A stretch of 64,000 bases of DNA from Calditrichia bacterium (GCA_963796965.1 CAWCNS010000011.1:608001-672000); one strand, 5' to 3'; shown: positions 12,204 to 22,790, counted from the first letter of the stretch. Numbers and translations are program-made. Notes: a model not told the origin generated them from the letters alone.

Positions 12204-12941
12204 TCAGAACTCTATTTCCATTCCTTCCTCAGCAATTATAATTTTACCTTTAAAATATTTTGCCGCTTCACCTGCCGGATCCATTTCCCGAACTTCAGGA
12301 TACATATGTGTTAAAAGAAGCTGATCTACTTCTGATAGTGCAGCTAATTTTCCTGCTAATCCTGGTGTAAGATGTCCCTTTATCTTGGTTTCTTCTGTAT
12401 TCGAAGCTTCCATTATCGCTAACTGACTACCCTTTGCATGAGATCCGATGTTCTCATCATAATCCGTATCACCTGAGTAAAAAAGAGTTGTGTTATTTTT
12501 TTCAATTCGAAAACAAATACTATTATCCGAATGTAATGTTGGTATTGCCTTTATAATATATACTCCGATTTTCAATGGTCGTTTATCCAATTCTATCATT
12601 CTTATATTCATTTCTTGTGGCCAGGCTCCGATCTGATTTGTTAATTTTATATACCACTCATTCAAACCATTTGGGCCAATAAGGGTGAGTGGTTTATCCC
12701 GGTTCTCGATAGTTAAATATCTTTCCTGAAGGAAAGGTGCAAAATCGGAGGTATGATCAACATGGAAGTGACTAAACAGAATAACATCAATCTTTGATAT
12801 ACCGATCTGATGGTGATGAAGTGCTCGCCAAATACCAGGTCCGCAATCAATTAGAGTCTTTTGGTCGAGTAAATAGCCTGAACAATTTCTGGCCATCCCT
12901 TTTTGAATAATTGTACCACAGCCAAGAACGATCAAATTCAT
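12204..12941 (-). CDS. MBL-fold hydrolase, RNase Z/BN-like
   Basis: LGCG, DCGPG, SHFHVDH, YSGDT, EAS, HLT, LTHMYP. Confidence 0.85.
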   Translation of the reverse strand: MNLIVLGCGTIIQKGMARNCSGYLLDQKTLIDCGPGIWRALHHHQIGISKIDVILFSHFHVDHTSDFAPFLQERYLTIENRDKPLTLIGPNGLNEWYIKLTNQIGAWPQEMNIRMIELDKRPLKIGVYIIKAIPTLHSDNSICFRIEKNNTTLFYSGDTDYDENIGSHAKGSQLAIMEASNTEETKIKGHLTPGLAGKLAALSEVDQLLLTHMYPEVREMDPAGEAAKYFKGKIIIAEEGMEIEF

Positions 12942-13042
12942 TTTTTATCCTATTTTCTTATATTTTGATTTAATATCTATAAAATAGCGTCGATAATGAA
13001 TGTAATTTAGATTTATTCCAAATTTAAAACCAGGAGATTGCA

Positions 13043-14050
13043 ATGAATTTGTCTAAAATCGTTATGTCAATTGTTCTCATATCATTACTTTCGCTTACCG
13101 CCTTTAATTGCGGTAGTGATCCGGCTGTGGAAGGTGAGAAGGCTTTTCAAAGTGCTAATTATATGCTGGCGATTAAACATTATATTGAAGCAAAAAAGGA
13201 AAACCCAGATAATAAAAACGCCTTTGATGAAAAAATTGCCATATCGTATATGTTACGTGGTCAGGAGCTTTATAACCGTACAAAAAATGTTAAGTCCTTC
13301 AGTGGCAATTTCGAAAAAGCACTCGATTATATCCCGGATAATCCTTCAGCGGATTTTAATCAGCAGTATAGTGAAGTCTTATATTCAATTGCCAATGCTT
13401 ATATGAATGCCCGGCCTGAGAATGAAATCCAGAAAGAAGAATATCTAAACAAAACACTTAATTATCTGGAAGACGCTCTCGTTAATGATGAGAACAATTC
13501 CAACGCCTCAGAATTGTTAGATAAAATAAAATCTGATAATTTCCAAAAGATGCTCAATAAGGGAAAAGATTTTTATTCAAAAGCAGGGCGTACAAAAAAT
13601 AATGATTATTATATTAATGCTGAATACTATTTTCAAAGGGCGGCTTATTTTGATATTCATAATAAAGATGCTGAAAAAATGCTCTCCAAAACCCGTAAAA
13701 AGACACTTTCTATTCTGAATAACCGGGATGACTTAGCAATGGCAGTCGCAGACATGAGCAGACAGAGCCAAAATCTTATTCTGGATCTTACTATTAAGAA
13801 TTACGCTACAAGCCCAATTACGCTCGACATAAAAAACTTTGAAATCGTAGATGTTAATGGGAATTCATATAAAATCAATGAACAAATGATGAATGAAAAG
13901 TTCAAAGATAAAAAATTGAAAAATCAGAAACTTGCTGAATTAAAGCTGGCTGAAGGTTACATCGTTTTTTCGATTCCTAAAAAGGCAAAAATTGATTACA
14001 TGGGCTATCAATTAAGCGAAGAAGAAACTGCAAAAAAATACTTTCCATAA
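13043..14050 (+). CDS. lipoprotein with TPR-like helices and a C-terminal beta-sandwich (DUF4352-like) domain
   Basis: Lipobox-like TAFN-C; helical repeats; C-terminal LDLTIKN...FEIVD..GNSY...GYIVFSIPK. Confidence 0.6.
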   Translation: MNLSKIVMSIVLISLLSLTAFNCGSDPAVEGEKAFQSANYMLAIKHYIEAKKENPDNKNAFDEKIAISYMLRGQELYNRTKNVKSFSGNFEKALDYIPDNPSADFNQQYSEVLYSIANAYMNARPENEIQKEEYLNKTLNYLEDALVNDENNSNASELLDKIKSDNFQKMLNKGKDFYSKAGRTKNNDYYINAEYYFQRAAYFDIHNKDAEKMLSKTRKKTLSILNNRDDLAMAVADMSRQSQNLILDLTIKNYATSPITLDIKNFEIVDVNGNSYKINEQMMNEKFKDKKLKNQKLAELKLAEGYIVFSIPKKAKIDYMGYQLSEEETAKKYFP

Positions 14051-14060
14051 AATTTATTAG

Positions 14061-14164
14061 AGGGAAAAGGCAAAAGGCAAAAGGTTAAAGGTAAAAAGTC
14101 TGTTATCGGTAAGAAAGTTAGATACAGTATTTCCCTTTTCCCTTTTGCCTTTTTACATTTTCCT
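14061..14164. repeat. inverted pair of heptamer tandem arrays (AGGCAAA-type / TTTGCCT-type)
   Basis: agggaaa aggcaaa aggcaaa aggttaa aggtaaa ... tttccct tttccct tttgcct ttttaca ttttcct, between convergent genes. Confidence 0.8.
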
Positions 14165-14206
14165 TATACAGCAGGTTAATCTTTAACTATTTGAAAAACC
14201 TCCCGA

Positions 14207-15371
14207 TCAGAAATAAGCCGGATACCCGGTTATATCCTCTCCCAGGATCAGCGTATGGATCTCATGCGTTCCTTCATACGTATATACAGTTTCAAGATTT
14301 AACAGATGTCTGATCACCTGGTACTCATCCGAAATCCCATTTGCGCCAAGTATGCTGCGTGCCATACGTGCTATTTTAAGACTTATTTCAACATTATTTC
14401 GTTTTGCGAGTGAAACCTGTGTTGGTTTCATTTTATTTTCATCTTTTAGTCTACCCAATTGGTAAACCAACAATTGCGCCTTCGTTATTTCCGTCAGCAT
14501 GTAAACGAGCTTTTGTTGTGTCGAGCTGAAAAGAAGCAATCGGCCGGTCAAATTGAATTCTACTTTTCGCATATTTCAGGGATTCATCATAACAGGCCAT
14601 AGCAGCTCCGAGGGATCCCCAGGCAATACTATAACGTGCCTGTGTCAGACATTGCAAGGGAGATTTTATTCCCCCGCTTTCAGGTAAAACATTCTGTTCC
14701 GGGATCTCACAATCATCAAAGATCAACTCTGCTGTATCTGATGCCCGCAATGAATATTTACCAGTTATCGTTTGCGTTGTAAATCCGGGCGTTCCTTTCT
14801 CTACAAGAAATCCCTTCACTTTGCCATCAAGTTTTGCCCAGACCACTGCAATATCTGCCAAACTACCATTGGTTATCCACATTTTACTACCATTCAGAAG
14901 ATAACCGCTATCAATCTTTTGGGCTACTGTCTTCATTCCTGATGGGTTTGATCCAAAGTCGGGCTCCGTCAGACCAAAACAGCCGATCTTTTCACCGCTG
15001 GTTAACAAAGGAAGCCATTTCTTTTTTTGTTCTTCGCTTCCAAAAGAAAAAATTGGATAAATAACAAGCCCACCCTGAACCGAAGCAAAGGAACGAAGCC
15101 CTGAGTCCCCGCGCTCTAACTCCTGCATGATAAGTCCATATGCAATACTATTCAGTCCAGCCCCTCCAAATTTTTCAGGTAACGTTGGTCCTAAAAAACC
15201 CAGCTCGCCTAATTGAATAATTACTTCTTCCGGAAATTTACCTTTTTGGTGAAATTCGGTTACAAGGGGAAGATACTTATCCTCTACAAATTTTCGTGCC
15301 GTCTGTCTGGCCAATTTTTCTTCAACATTTAATTGAGAATCCATCTGATAATAGTCCAACGACTCAAACAT
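14207..15371 (-). CDS. gcdH: acyl-CoA dehydrogenase, glutaryl-CoA dehydrogenase-like (frameshift near 14523)
   Basis: [53 protein letters not shown]; span 1165 = 3n+1. Confidence 0.85.
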
Positions 15372-15557
15372 ACCCAAACTCCTATTAATTGAATTATAGT
15401 ATGATAATATTCTGCTCTTCCCTATTACAATAAATTAAATTTTAATTTTAGGGCAAACAATACCTAATTTAAAAAAAAGGGTTATTACAAAGATATTTAA
15501 TACTTGCCCTGAGGTTAGTGACGGGCTCTGGCCGATGATATAAAATAAAAAAATTCT

Positions 15558-15703
15558 AAGCACGGAATTGCCCCCGTAAGATGGGGCAGGCCAGAAGAAC
15601 ACAGACATTAATGTCAGATGACTAAAAGGATCATATTAAAGCTCATCAGGTTGATTATTACTAAAATAAATAATTCCGTGTACGCTCCGTGTCTCTCCAT
15701 GGT
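15558..15703. repeat. bipartite inverted repeat element (CACGGA/CACAGA units) with an inserted GCCCCCGT..GGGGCAGGC palindrome
   Basis: Left aagcacggaatt[gcccccgtaagatggggcaggc]cagaagaacacagac; right ttccgtgtacgctccgtgtctctccatggt; AT-rich spacer. Confidence 0.7.
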
Positions 15704-15782
15704 AAATATTTTAGAATCGTAAATGTTTTTGTACACGTCGCAGCGTAGCTGCAAAAAAGATAAAATGGTTAGAATATTGAGG

Positions 15783-16532
15783 TTAAAAAAGATGACGGTA
15801 GATTTCGTACATCTCCCAAATATTATCAACATAGGTTATTGTCTCATCAGAGCCATAAAAATAACCATATTTCGGCTTTCCCTGTGGCCAAACCTGAAGA
15901 TGAACCTTCCAGTCAGTCTTCTTTAATTGAGGTAGGTATGTTTTTACATGTTTCCATTGGTCAGGAGAATATTTCTGATAGCGGGCAATATCCTGGGCAT
16001 CAAATACCCGTCCCGCACCTGAATTGTAGGCAGCCAGAGATAATTTCATTCTATTCATATACGTTGCATGTGGGAAAAAACCATGTTGTTTTTTTAAATG
16101 GTAAATGCCTGCAGCAATATTCTCTCTTGGATTTTTAAGAATGTATTGGAAGTCTAATTCGCTACTTATTTCTCTCTCCGTGCGGGGCATTAATTGCATT
16201 AATCCCCTGGCGCCAACCGGACTTCTGGCATGTTCTCGAAATTTAGATTCCTGCATAATCTGAGCGACGATTAAACGCCAATCAAAACCATACCGTTTCG
16301 CATATTTTTTTATCACCGGGCTATATTTTAATATTGATTTATTATAGCGGTTCTTCTCTAATTTCTTTTTTACTTCGAGTATCCGCTTATTTTTTGCATC
16401 AATATCCCCTTTTTGTGCACTTAGAGAATCAACAGAGGCAAGTGTTGAGGTATCAGAGCTGGTACTATGGCATCCTAGAAGTGATAAAAGAATTATTAAA
16501 TTTGCAGCCCCATATGTCAAGAATTTTCTCAA
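15783..16532 (-). CDS. lytic transglycosylase (SLT domain, MltF C-terminal-like) lipoprotein
   Basis: Lipobox LLG-C; DWRLIVAQIMQESKF, GARGLMQLMP, LAAYNSG, ETITYV. Confidence 0.9.
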   Translation of the reverse strand: MRKFLTYGAANLIILLSLLGCHSTSSDTSTLASVDSLSAQKGDIDAKNKRILEVKKKLEKNRYNKSILKYSPVIKKYAKRYGFDWRLIVAQIMQESKFREHARSPVGARGLMQLMPRTEREISSELDFQYILKNPRENIAAGIYHLKKQHGFFPHATYMNRMKLSLAAYNSGAGRVFDAQDIARYQKYSPDQWKHVKTYLPQLKKTDWKVHLQVWPQGKPKYGYFYGSDETITYVDNIWEMYEIYRHLF

Positions 16533-16765
16533 TTCAAACTCATTCCAATAATCAAACCGACAATAAGACCAATCATGATAAAAATCCCCCCCACAACAAC
16601 CCCGACGGCAAGATTTCCTTTTTCTAACTCCCTGGGAATATCAAATAAAGTCGTCCTATTAATTAATTTATAGGTTAGAACTGACGAAAAAACACCAACT
16701 ATCACACCAAGAATGGCGTAAAGAAAATTCCGAATCATAATCATATCAATCCACTCTAATTCCAT
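16529..16765 (-). CDS. DUF350-family small membrane protein
   Basis: Two hydrophobic helices flanking FDIPRELEKGNLAVG; GAGG RBS before ATG 16765. Confidence 0.8.
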   Translation of the reverse strand: MELEWIDMIMIRNFLYAILGVIVGVFSSVLTYKLINRTTLFDIPRELEKGNLAVGVVVGGIFIMIGLIVGLIIGMSLN

Positions 16766-16877
16766 CTGATCCTCTCTTTGCAAGAAATAGAATTTTAACC
16801 GAACAGTTATAGTATTGAAGTCTTGTGAAATATTATTAAAGTTTTCAAAATCTGTATGTGATGTATAATACTTTATA

Positions 16878-18179
16878 TTAAATATTTTCCGGATTTATGT
16901 CAATGTCTTTGTTATTTACGACTATGGGACATGTCTGGCAGTCGTTTAACTCGCAATACTTATCCTTTAAATTAAACAAACCCTGATTCATATAAAATTT
17001 ATTGAATTTAATATCGGACCAGTAAGGATTTTTATAAAAGGGCTTTAGTACTGCATAGGGGGTTAATTGGGGAAGAGATAAATAGATTGATTGCAGATAT
17101 CTTTGAAATCCAAAATTAGATTGATGACCAGCCTCCCAATCAAAAAAGGGCAGAATCACATTGCCTAATATTTCTATTACTTGTGACCGGCCCCATTTTA
17201 TTTCTTTTGTCGCAACATTAATTTTTCTCTGTTGCGAAATATTCTCTGATGATTTTATTTTAAAGACCTTTTCTAATTCACCAAGCATTATTACATTAGG
17301 TAATCGCTCTCTTAACTTGGACTTAAATTCATGGTATAGGGATTGTCCTTCAAATCGGTGGAGCCAGAAAGCCAAAATTTTTAAATGATGACCGGGCTTA
17401 TTAAAAGGGCGTTGACCCGCACTAAACCACATAGACGATTTTAAGCCCTGTCTATTGTTAATTGCTTCAATTCGCCCAATCAAAGACTTAAGAGGAAAAA
17501 ATTCTGGCATCACTGAAATCAGATCGCTTTTTATTGCAAATAATGCAATCCAGTCCTCATAACTCATCTTAAACCTTTCCTTAATTACCATTAAATCATT
17601 CCAGGTTAAGATGGCGGAAAGATATTGGAAAGTCTTTTCATTATTGGGTTTACCAATGATACGCATTATTTGTTGGAAAATCATCTGATCGTAAGTCATC
17701 TTTTCTGCGTTTTTACGGAATCTTATCTGTCTTGACTGAAACCTATCTATAGACAACTCTATTAGATGATGCCGAACTTCTTTGATGTTTTTTTCTTGTT
17801 CGAAACATTGACCTTTTCTAATTTTAGGTTGTGGGAACGCTGGAAATATTTTAAAACCAAGCGTGCAAACTTCTCTCATTTTACTATTATTAACAGAAGA
17901 TTGCCCTATTTCATCTAACACAAGATGTAAGAGCACGTGATCATAATTATTATCAAGATGGTGATGATGATTATACCAATCATTGGTTCGTAAATGAATT
18001 TCAACGTCTCCCCGGTATATTGTACCATCAAGTTCAAATTCGGCACCCTGAAAATCTGGTCCACAGAATCGATTCAATTGGCCGGCATAAATTCCCCGTA
18101 ATCTATTATCTTTTGTCAAACTTCCCTGATGACAAAAATCCATCCAGATAGCATAAAGATCTTCCTCTCGTTTAATCAT
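16878..18179 (-). CDS. DUF2851-family protein
   Basis: G..N..GPDF..A, GDVEIH, W..H.H..D.NY..V.LHLV, RPFNKP, C-terminal CxxxxCxxCP. Confidence 0.85.
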   Translation of the reverse strand: MIKREEDLYAIWMDFCHQGSLTKDNRLRGIYAGQLNRFCGPDFQGAEFELDGTIYRGDVEIHLRTNDWYNHHHHLDNNYDHVLLHLVLDEIGQSSVNNSKMREVCTLGFKIFPAFPQPKIRKGQCFEQEKNIKEVRHHLIELSIDRFQSRQIRFRKNAEKMTYDQMIFQQIMRIIGKPNNEKTFQYLSAILTWNDLMVIKERFKMSYEDWIALFAIKSDLISVMPEFFPLKSLIGRIEAINNRQGLKSSMWFSAGQRPFNKPGHHLKILAFWLHRFEGQSLYHEFKSKLRERLPNVIMLGELEKVFKIKSSENISQQRKINVATKEIKWGRSQVIEILGNVILPFFDWEAGHQSNFGFQRYLQSIYLSLPQLTPYAVLKPFYKNPYWSDIKFNKFYMNQGLFNLKDKYCELNDCQTCPIVVNNKDIDINPENI

Positions 18180-18410
18180 ATCCGTTTACCTTGTTTGATA
18201 AAAATGATTAAAAATTGGACTTTGTTTTCATCTGATTTATTTTTATTTTTAATCACATCTATTATGCTCAATAATAGATGGAATATAACGTTTATTATCA
18301 TGAATAACAATTATTATATTTAAATTTTCTTTCGAGGATCAAACGTCCGGATAAAAAGACCATTAATGCTATAAATAAATGATAGGATTTAAAAATTAAC
18401 GAGGTGTTTT

Positions 18411-18776
18411 ATGGAAGTTATTCAGGAGCAGGTTTCAAAACGAATTTTTTTTCTCATGCAGGCCCTTGGTGCGAACCAGAAATCTTTTGCGGACCTATTA
18501 GGCGTTACCCAACCAGCCATCAGCAAATATCTAAAAGACAGAATCCCCCCCCCATTGGCATTGCTCAAATTAGCTAAAGCATCGGGGACTAGTATAGAGT
18601 GGATACTTACGGGACAACCTGATCAGCAGAATAAAATAGTTGCTGAACCAGAAGCCCCTTATGATCACACTTTTAAGAATGAACAAAAGATATCACAATT
18701 GCCCATTAATGTACAAGCCAGTATAAATGCATTAATTGATGCTATACTCGAAGAATCTGAGATTCAAAACAGATAA
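18411..18776 (+). CDS. XRE-family HTH transcriptional regulator
   Basis: NQKSFADLLGVTQPAISKY...SIEWILTG; GAGG RBS. Confidence 0.88.
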   Translation: MEVIQEQVSKRIFFLMQALGANQKSFADLLGVTQPAISKYLKDRIPPPLALLKLAKASGTSIEWILTGQPDQQNKIVAEPEAPYDHTFKNEQKISQLPINVQASINALIDAILEESEIQNR

Positions 18777-18779
18777 GAG

Positions 18780-19244
18780 TCAGGGAAGTTGGAACTCTTT
18801 TAGAAGGGCTTTTTTTGCTTTCTTGATCTGGTCGGATTTAATCACACTACTGATACTGGATATACTGCAGGATATGGCCAGAATATTTATTCCTGCCCGT
18901 CCTAATATCTTACAGAATTTTGCAGGAAGTACCGGTTTTTCTCTAAAATGTGGACCATATATACCAATAACACTCACTTCTGGTACTCTTGTTATCTTAA
19001 TATGTTTAATTAGGTCATTATTTCGCTCAAAAATTTGATCAATGCTTTTTGCCTCTTTCATAGTGACACAAACTGTCATAACCGCGGTATCTTCCGGTGC
19101 ACTTGATTCGGTAATATACTGTAGCCGGACGTTTTCTTTGGCGAACAATTTCAAAATTTCACCAGCAGCACCCGGTCTGTCCTCAATAGAAGTCATGCGA
19201 TACATGGTTAGATCACTATTTTCAACAAGTCCACCTATCTTCAT
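18780..19244 (-). CDS. stand-alone tandem ACT-domain protein (aspartokinase beta-subunit-like)
   Basis: DRPGAAGEILKLFAKENV and VSVIGIYG...GINILAISCS.SSIS; no kinase domain. Confidence 0.8.
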   Translation of the reverse strand: MKIGGLVENSDLTMYRMTSIEDRPGAAGEILKLFAKENVRLQYITESSAPEDTAVMTVCVTMKEAKSIDQIFERNNDLIKHIKITRVPEVSVIGIYGPHFREKPVLPAKFCKILGRAGINILAISCSISSISSVIKSDQIKKAKKALLKEFQLP

Positions 19245-19271
19245 AACTTTTATTTCCTTGTTCTCAATTTG

Positions 19272-20606
19272 TCATTTGCGGATAGGAAACCTAACATTTA
19301 CCGTTGTTCCTTGATTTAATTTTGACTCTATCCAAATTTGACCCTGATTATTTTCCACGATTTGCTTGACGAGACTTAATCCAAGACCGGTACCCAACTG
19401 AACCTCTACTTTTGCGTTTTCAGACCTGTAGAATTCTTCAAATACCTTATTTAAATCATCCTCAGCAATCCCTATACCCGTATCTCGGACAGAAAACAGT
19501 ATGTGTTTATCAGTTTCAATGGTTTTTACAAACACAGAACCACCTTGTTTTGTGTAGCGTATGGCATTTACTATAACATTAGAACATACCTCTTTTAAAT
19601 CAGAAGGAATTCCAAATACCATTTTCGGCTCAATAGTTAGTTCGAGGGAGAGTGAAATTGACTTTGTTTCCGCATGATCTTTCTCCTGCTCCGCAATCTC
19701 CAATATGATGTCATTTATATTTACGAGTTCACCTTCTTTTTTGCCAACCAATGATCTGTTCCGGGACAGTTCTAATAATTCACGGATGATTTGTAACATT
19801 TGAGTTGATCTCTTTGAGGCCCGGCTCAATATATCCAACCCCTTTTCATCGATCTGTTTGTTATAGCTTTTTATTACCCCATCAATGGAACTTTTGATCG
19901 CCACAACTGGTGATTTTAATTCATGAGAGGTAAATCTGTAGAATTGTGTCTTTTGTTTATCCGACTCAATGAGTTGCAGATTCTGTTCATCCATCTGTCT
20001 TTTTATGCTTCTATATATATACATAAACGACGTACAGATGTACATGGTAACATAAACTGTAATTGTAAAAACAGCCAATACAATAAAAATAAAAAATTCG
20101 TTTGAATGCATATCTGAACGGAATATGCAGTAATGATGAAGAACACCGGCATATTCAAGATAAACGATGGAAGCAAATAAGAGGACGACGAATGTAGTGA
20201 GTGCTACCGGTCGCCAACCAGGGAATAATATCGAACTGAGAACGACATGAAAAGCATAAAATAAATAGATGGGATTTTCAACACCACCGGCATAATGAAT
20301 CAAGAGGGTCAAAAATAGCAAATCAACGATAATATGTATTTGAAGAAATAATATTTCTGCCCGGAAAGAAAACTCTTTATATAATTTAAAAATTACAAAA
20401 TAGAGTGTGTTTATCCCTGCCAGAAGAGCAAGAGCAATCCATATTTTCTCGTATGGAAAGGGCAATCCAAAGAAATGGTCAGCAATAAATGAGGCACAAA
20501 AATATCCAGCCACGATCATCCAGCGAAGAGTAATCGACCAGGATATTCTGCTCTGTAGTAATTTGATATTCAGAAATGGAAATTTTTCTATTGAAAGTGT
20601 TTCCAT
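19272..20606 (-). CDS. membrane sensor histidine kinase
   Basis: Multi-TM N-terminus; H box SHELKSP, N box NAIRY, DTGIGI, GTGLGL. Confidence 0.93.
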   Translation of the reverse strand: METLSIEKFPFLNIKLLQSRISWSITLRWMIVAGYFCASFIADHFFGLPFPYEKIWIALALLAGINTLYFVIFKLYKEFSFRAEILFLQIHIIVDLLFLTLLIHYAGGVENPIYLFYAFHVVLSSILFPGWRPVALTTFVVLLFASIVYLEYAGVLHHYCIFRSDMHSNEFFIFIVLAVFTITVYVTMYICTSFMYIYRSIKRQMDEQNLQLIESDKQKTQFYRFTSHELKSPVVAIKSSIDGVIKSYNKQIDEKGLDILSRASKRSTQMLQIIRELLELSRNRSLVGKKEGELVNINDIILEIAEQEKDHAETKSISLSLELTIEPKMVFGIPSDLKEVCSNVIVNAIRYTKQGGSVFVKTIETDKHILFSVRDTGIGIAEDDLNKVFEEFYRSENAKVEVQLGTGLGLSLVKQIVENNQGQIWIESKLNQGTTVNVRFPIRK

Positions 20607-20645
20607 GGGTTTCTAATCAATCTGTTATCAATATTGTGAATTGGG

Positions 20646-21033
20646 CTAGTGCCCTAAATGGACTTTTACTACTTCGATCAAAGTGTCCGGGTTTACCGGT
20701 TTTTCCATGAACTCATTCACCGGTAGGAAATCTTCATCTTTATCTTTATCAAAACTAAAACCTGTCTCCTGGCCAACCGCCGTGAGCATGATGATAGGTA
20801 AGTCAGACTGTTTTAGCGTTATTACGAATTTGATAAGCAATATGAAATCCTTCATCCTGTGTTTTCATCATAACATCAAGAAGGACCAGGTCAGGTGATT
20901 CCTGCTCAATTTTTTCCAAACCCTTCTGACCATCTTGTGCATCAATCACAAGAAACCCCTCACTTTCCAATGTGAGACGCATAGCTTCTACTAAATCAAT
21001 ATCATCATCAATAATAAGAATCTTATTTTGCAT
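20646..21033 (-). CDS. single-domain response regulator receiver (frameshift near 20810)
   Basis: ILIIDDD, DLVLLDVMM, PIIMLTA, EKP; span 388 = 3n+1. Confidence 0.88.
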
Positions 21034-21478
21034 ATTTCTCTGCCTCCTCCTTCACCATCTGTATGACGGTTGGGATACTTTTTTTTACCGTACCAGACAG
21101 TCCCGTATTAAAATCCATCTTTTCAGGTTCCACACCAATCACTATTAAATCATTTTCAACACCCATGCTTTGTGCCATTTTCCAAACATCGGCCAAATTA
21201 AAACCATGAAGTGAAAGACCATATTTTGATTCGAGAAATCCATTATCCTTTGCCGAAATTTTTCTGACGCTTCCTGGTTTTAACCCCATGCGGGCACAAT
21301 CAATAACCAGGACCGGCTCCGGTTGTAATAGTTTTTCTAAAATGGAAAAAGGATCAGAGCCGGCATCACAAAGTTCGACAGGGTCGTCATTCTCATCATT
21401 CAGCAAATTCTGAATGATCAGAGGACCAATTCCATCGTCCCCGCGCAGACTATTGCCTAATCCAATTACCTTTAACAT
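21023..21478 (-). CDS. hydrogenase maturation protease
   Basis: GLGNSLRGDDGIG, SLHG, IGVEP; ATG at 21478. Confidence 0.92.
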   Translation of the reverse strand: MLKVIGLGNSLRGDDGIGPLIIQNLLNDENDDPVELCDAGSDPFSILEKLLQPEPVLVIDCARMGLKPGSVRKISAKDNGFLESKYGLSLHGFNLADVWKMAQSMGVENDLIVIGVEPEKMDFNTGLSGTVKKSIPTVIQMVKEEAEKYAK

Positions 21479-21485
21479 ATCGATC

Positions 21486-22790
21486 CTATTCGATAAAATC
21501 AACATCCAACAAATGAACGGAACATGAAATACAAGGATCATAGGCCCTGACAAGCATCTCTAACTTTTTCGTGATTTCTTCTTTAGAATTATCAATAATC
21601 TCAGGGACAAGTTTTTTCATATCATCATCAATATTGGCAAGATTTTGACCTGTAGGAATGATGCAATTAGCCGCCTCGATATTTCCCTGACGATTATAAG
21701 TATAGTCATGAAAAAGAATGCCACGCGGTACTTCAGTTGCTCCTATACCCCTCCCATATTTGGTGATTTCTACATTTGCTTTTTCTGGTTTAATACCATC
21801 TCCAAGTAATTTATTTATAAGCTCAATGGTATCATCAATACAATGGACGACTTCCACCATCTGCGCCACGGAATTCATATAGGGATTATAACAGGGTGCG
21901 CTAAGTCCTAATTTTTCAGCTGCTGCTTTCGCTTTCGGTCTCAGTAATTTAGCACTATTGTTAAAACGCCCTAAAGCCCCAACCATATAGGAAGAGCGAT
22001 TAAATCGGGCATGCTTACTTGAAGAATGTGGTACAACAAACTCATTTGTTACATCCAGATAATCCTCTATAGGGCGCAGTCCGGTATCTGAGGAACATAT
22101 TTGTCCATCATACAATCCATATTCTTCATCGTTGTACAAACTTATGTATTCTGTCTCACGAACAAAATCAGGGAAATTACCCGCCAGAGAGGCAACCACA
22201 TCGATGGCAAAATCGGCATCCGGCATACCCTGATTAATAAGTTTATCTCGCAGATCAATCAATTCTTTTTCAGTGGGCAGTTTGGTAAATCCGCCTGGTA
22301 CCATTGTAATGGGGTGTACAGCACTGCCGCTGATCACGTCACCAATATCATTGGCTAACCTTTTCAACCTTAAAGCAGCCAACACAACATCTTTATGCGT
22401 ATTGATCAATGGAAAAACAGACCCTACATTCAATAGATCAGGCGTTGCAAGGAAGAGAGCATGAAGTACATTACTTTGAAAAGTAGCCCCATGAACCAGA
22501 ATTTTTCTTAAATCTTTAGTCTGGTTCGAGATCTCAATGCCTAATGCATCTTCAGTAGCCTGTAATGAGGCGATTTGATGGCCAAGCGAACAAATTCCAC
22601 AAATTCGGGAGGTTATGATAGCTGCTTCCTGAAAATTTCTCCCTTTTAGCATGGCCTCAAAAAATCGCGGTGCCTCTACAATGTCCAATTGGGCTTTTTC
22701 CAGCACACCATTTTTCATATTAACAACAATATTGCCATGTCCTTCTACCCGTGTCACATGATGGACATCTATATGCAGATCTTTTTTCAT
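21486..22790 (-). CDS. hydA: group 3b [NiFe]-hydrogenase (sulfhydrogenase) large subunit
   Basis: TRVEGHG, L1 RICGICS, EVPRG, L2 DPCISCSVH followed by a cleavable tail. Confidence 0.95.
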   Translation of the reverse strand: MKKDLHIDVHHVTRVEGHGNIVVNMKNGVLEKAQLDIVEAPRFFEAMLKGRNFQEAAIITSRICGICSLGHQIASLQATEDALGIEISNQTKDLRKILVHGATFQSNVLHALFLATPDLLNVGSVFPLINTHKDVVLAALRLKRLANDIGDVISGSAVHPITMVPGGFTKLPTEKELIDLRDKLINQGMPDADFAIDVVASLAGNFPDFVRETEYISLYNDEEYGLYDGQICSSDTGLRPIEDYLDVTNEFVVPHSSSKHARFNRSSYMVGALGRFNNSAKLLRPKAKAAAEKLGLSAPCYNPYMNSVAQMVEVVHCIDDTIELINKLLGDGIKPEKANVEITKYGRGIGATEVPRGILFHDYTYNRQGNIEAANCIIPTGQNLANIDDDMKKLVPEIIDNSKEEITKKLEMLVRAYDPCISCSVHLLDVDFIE

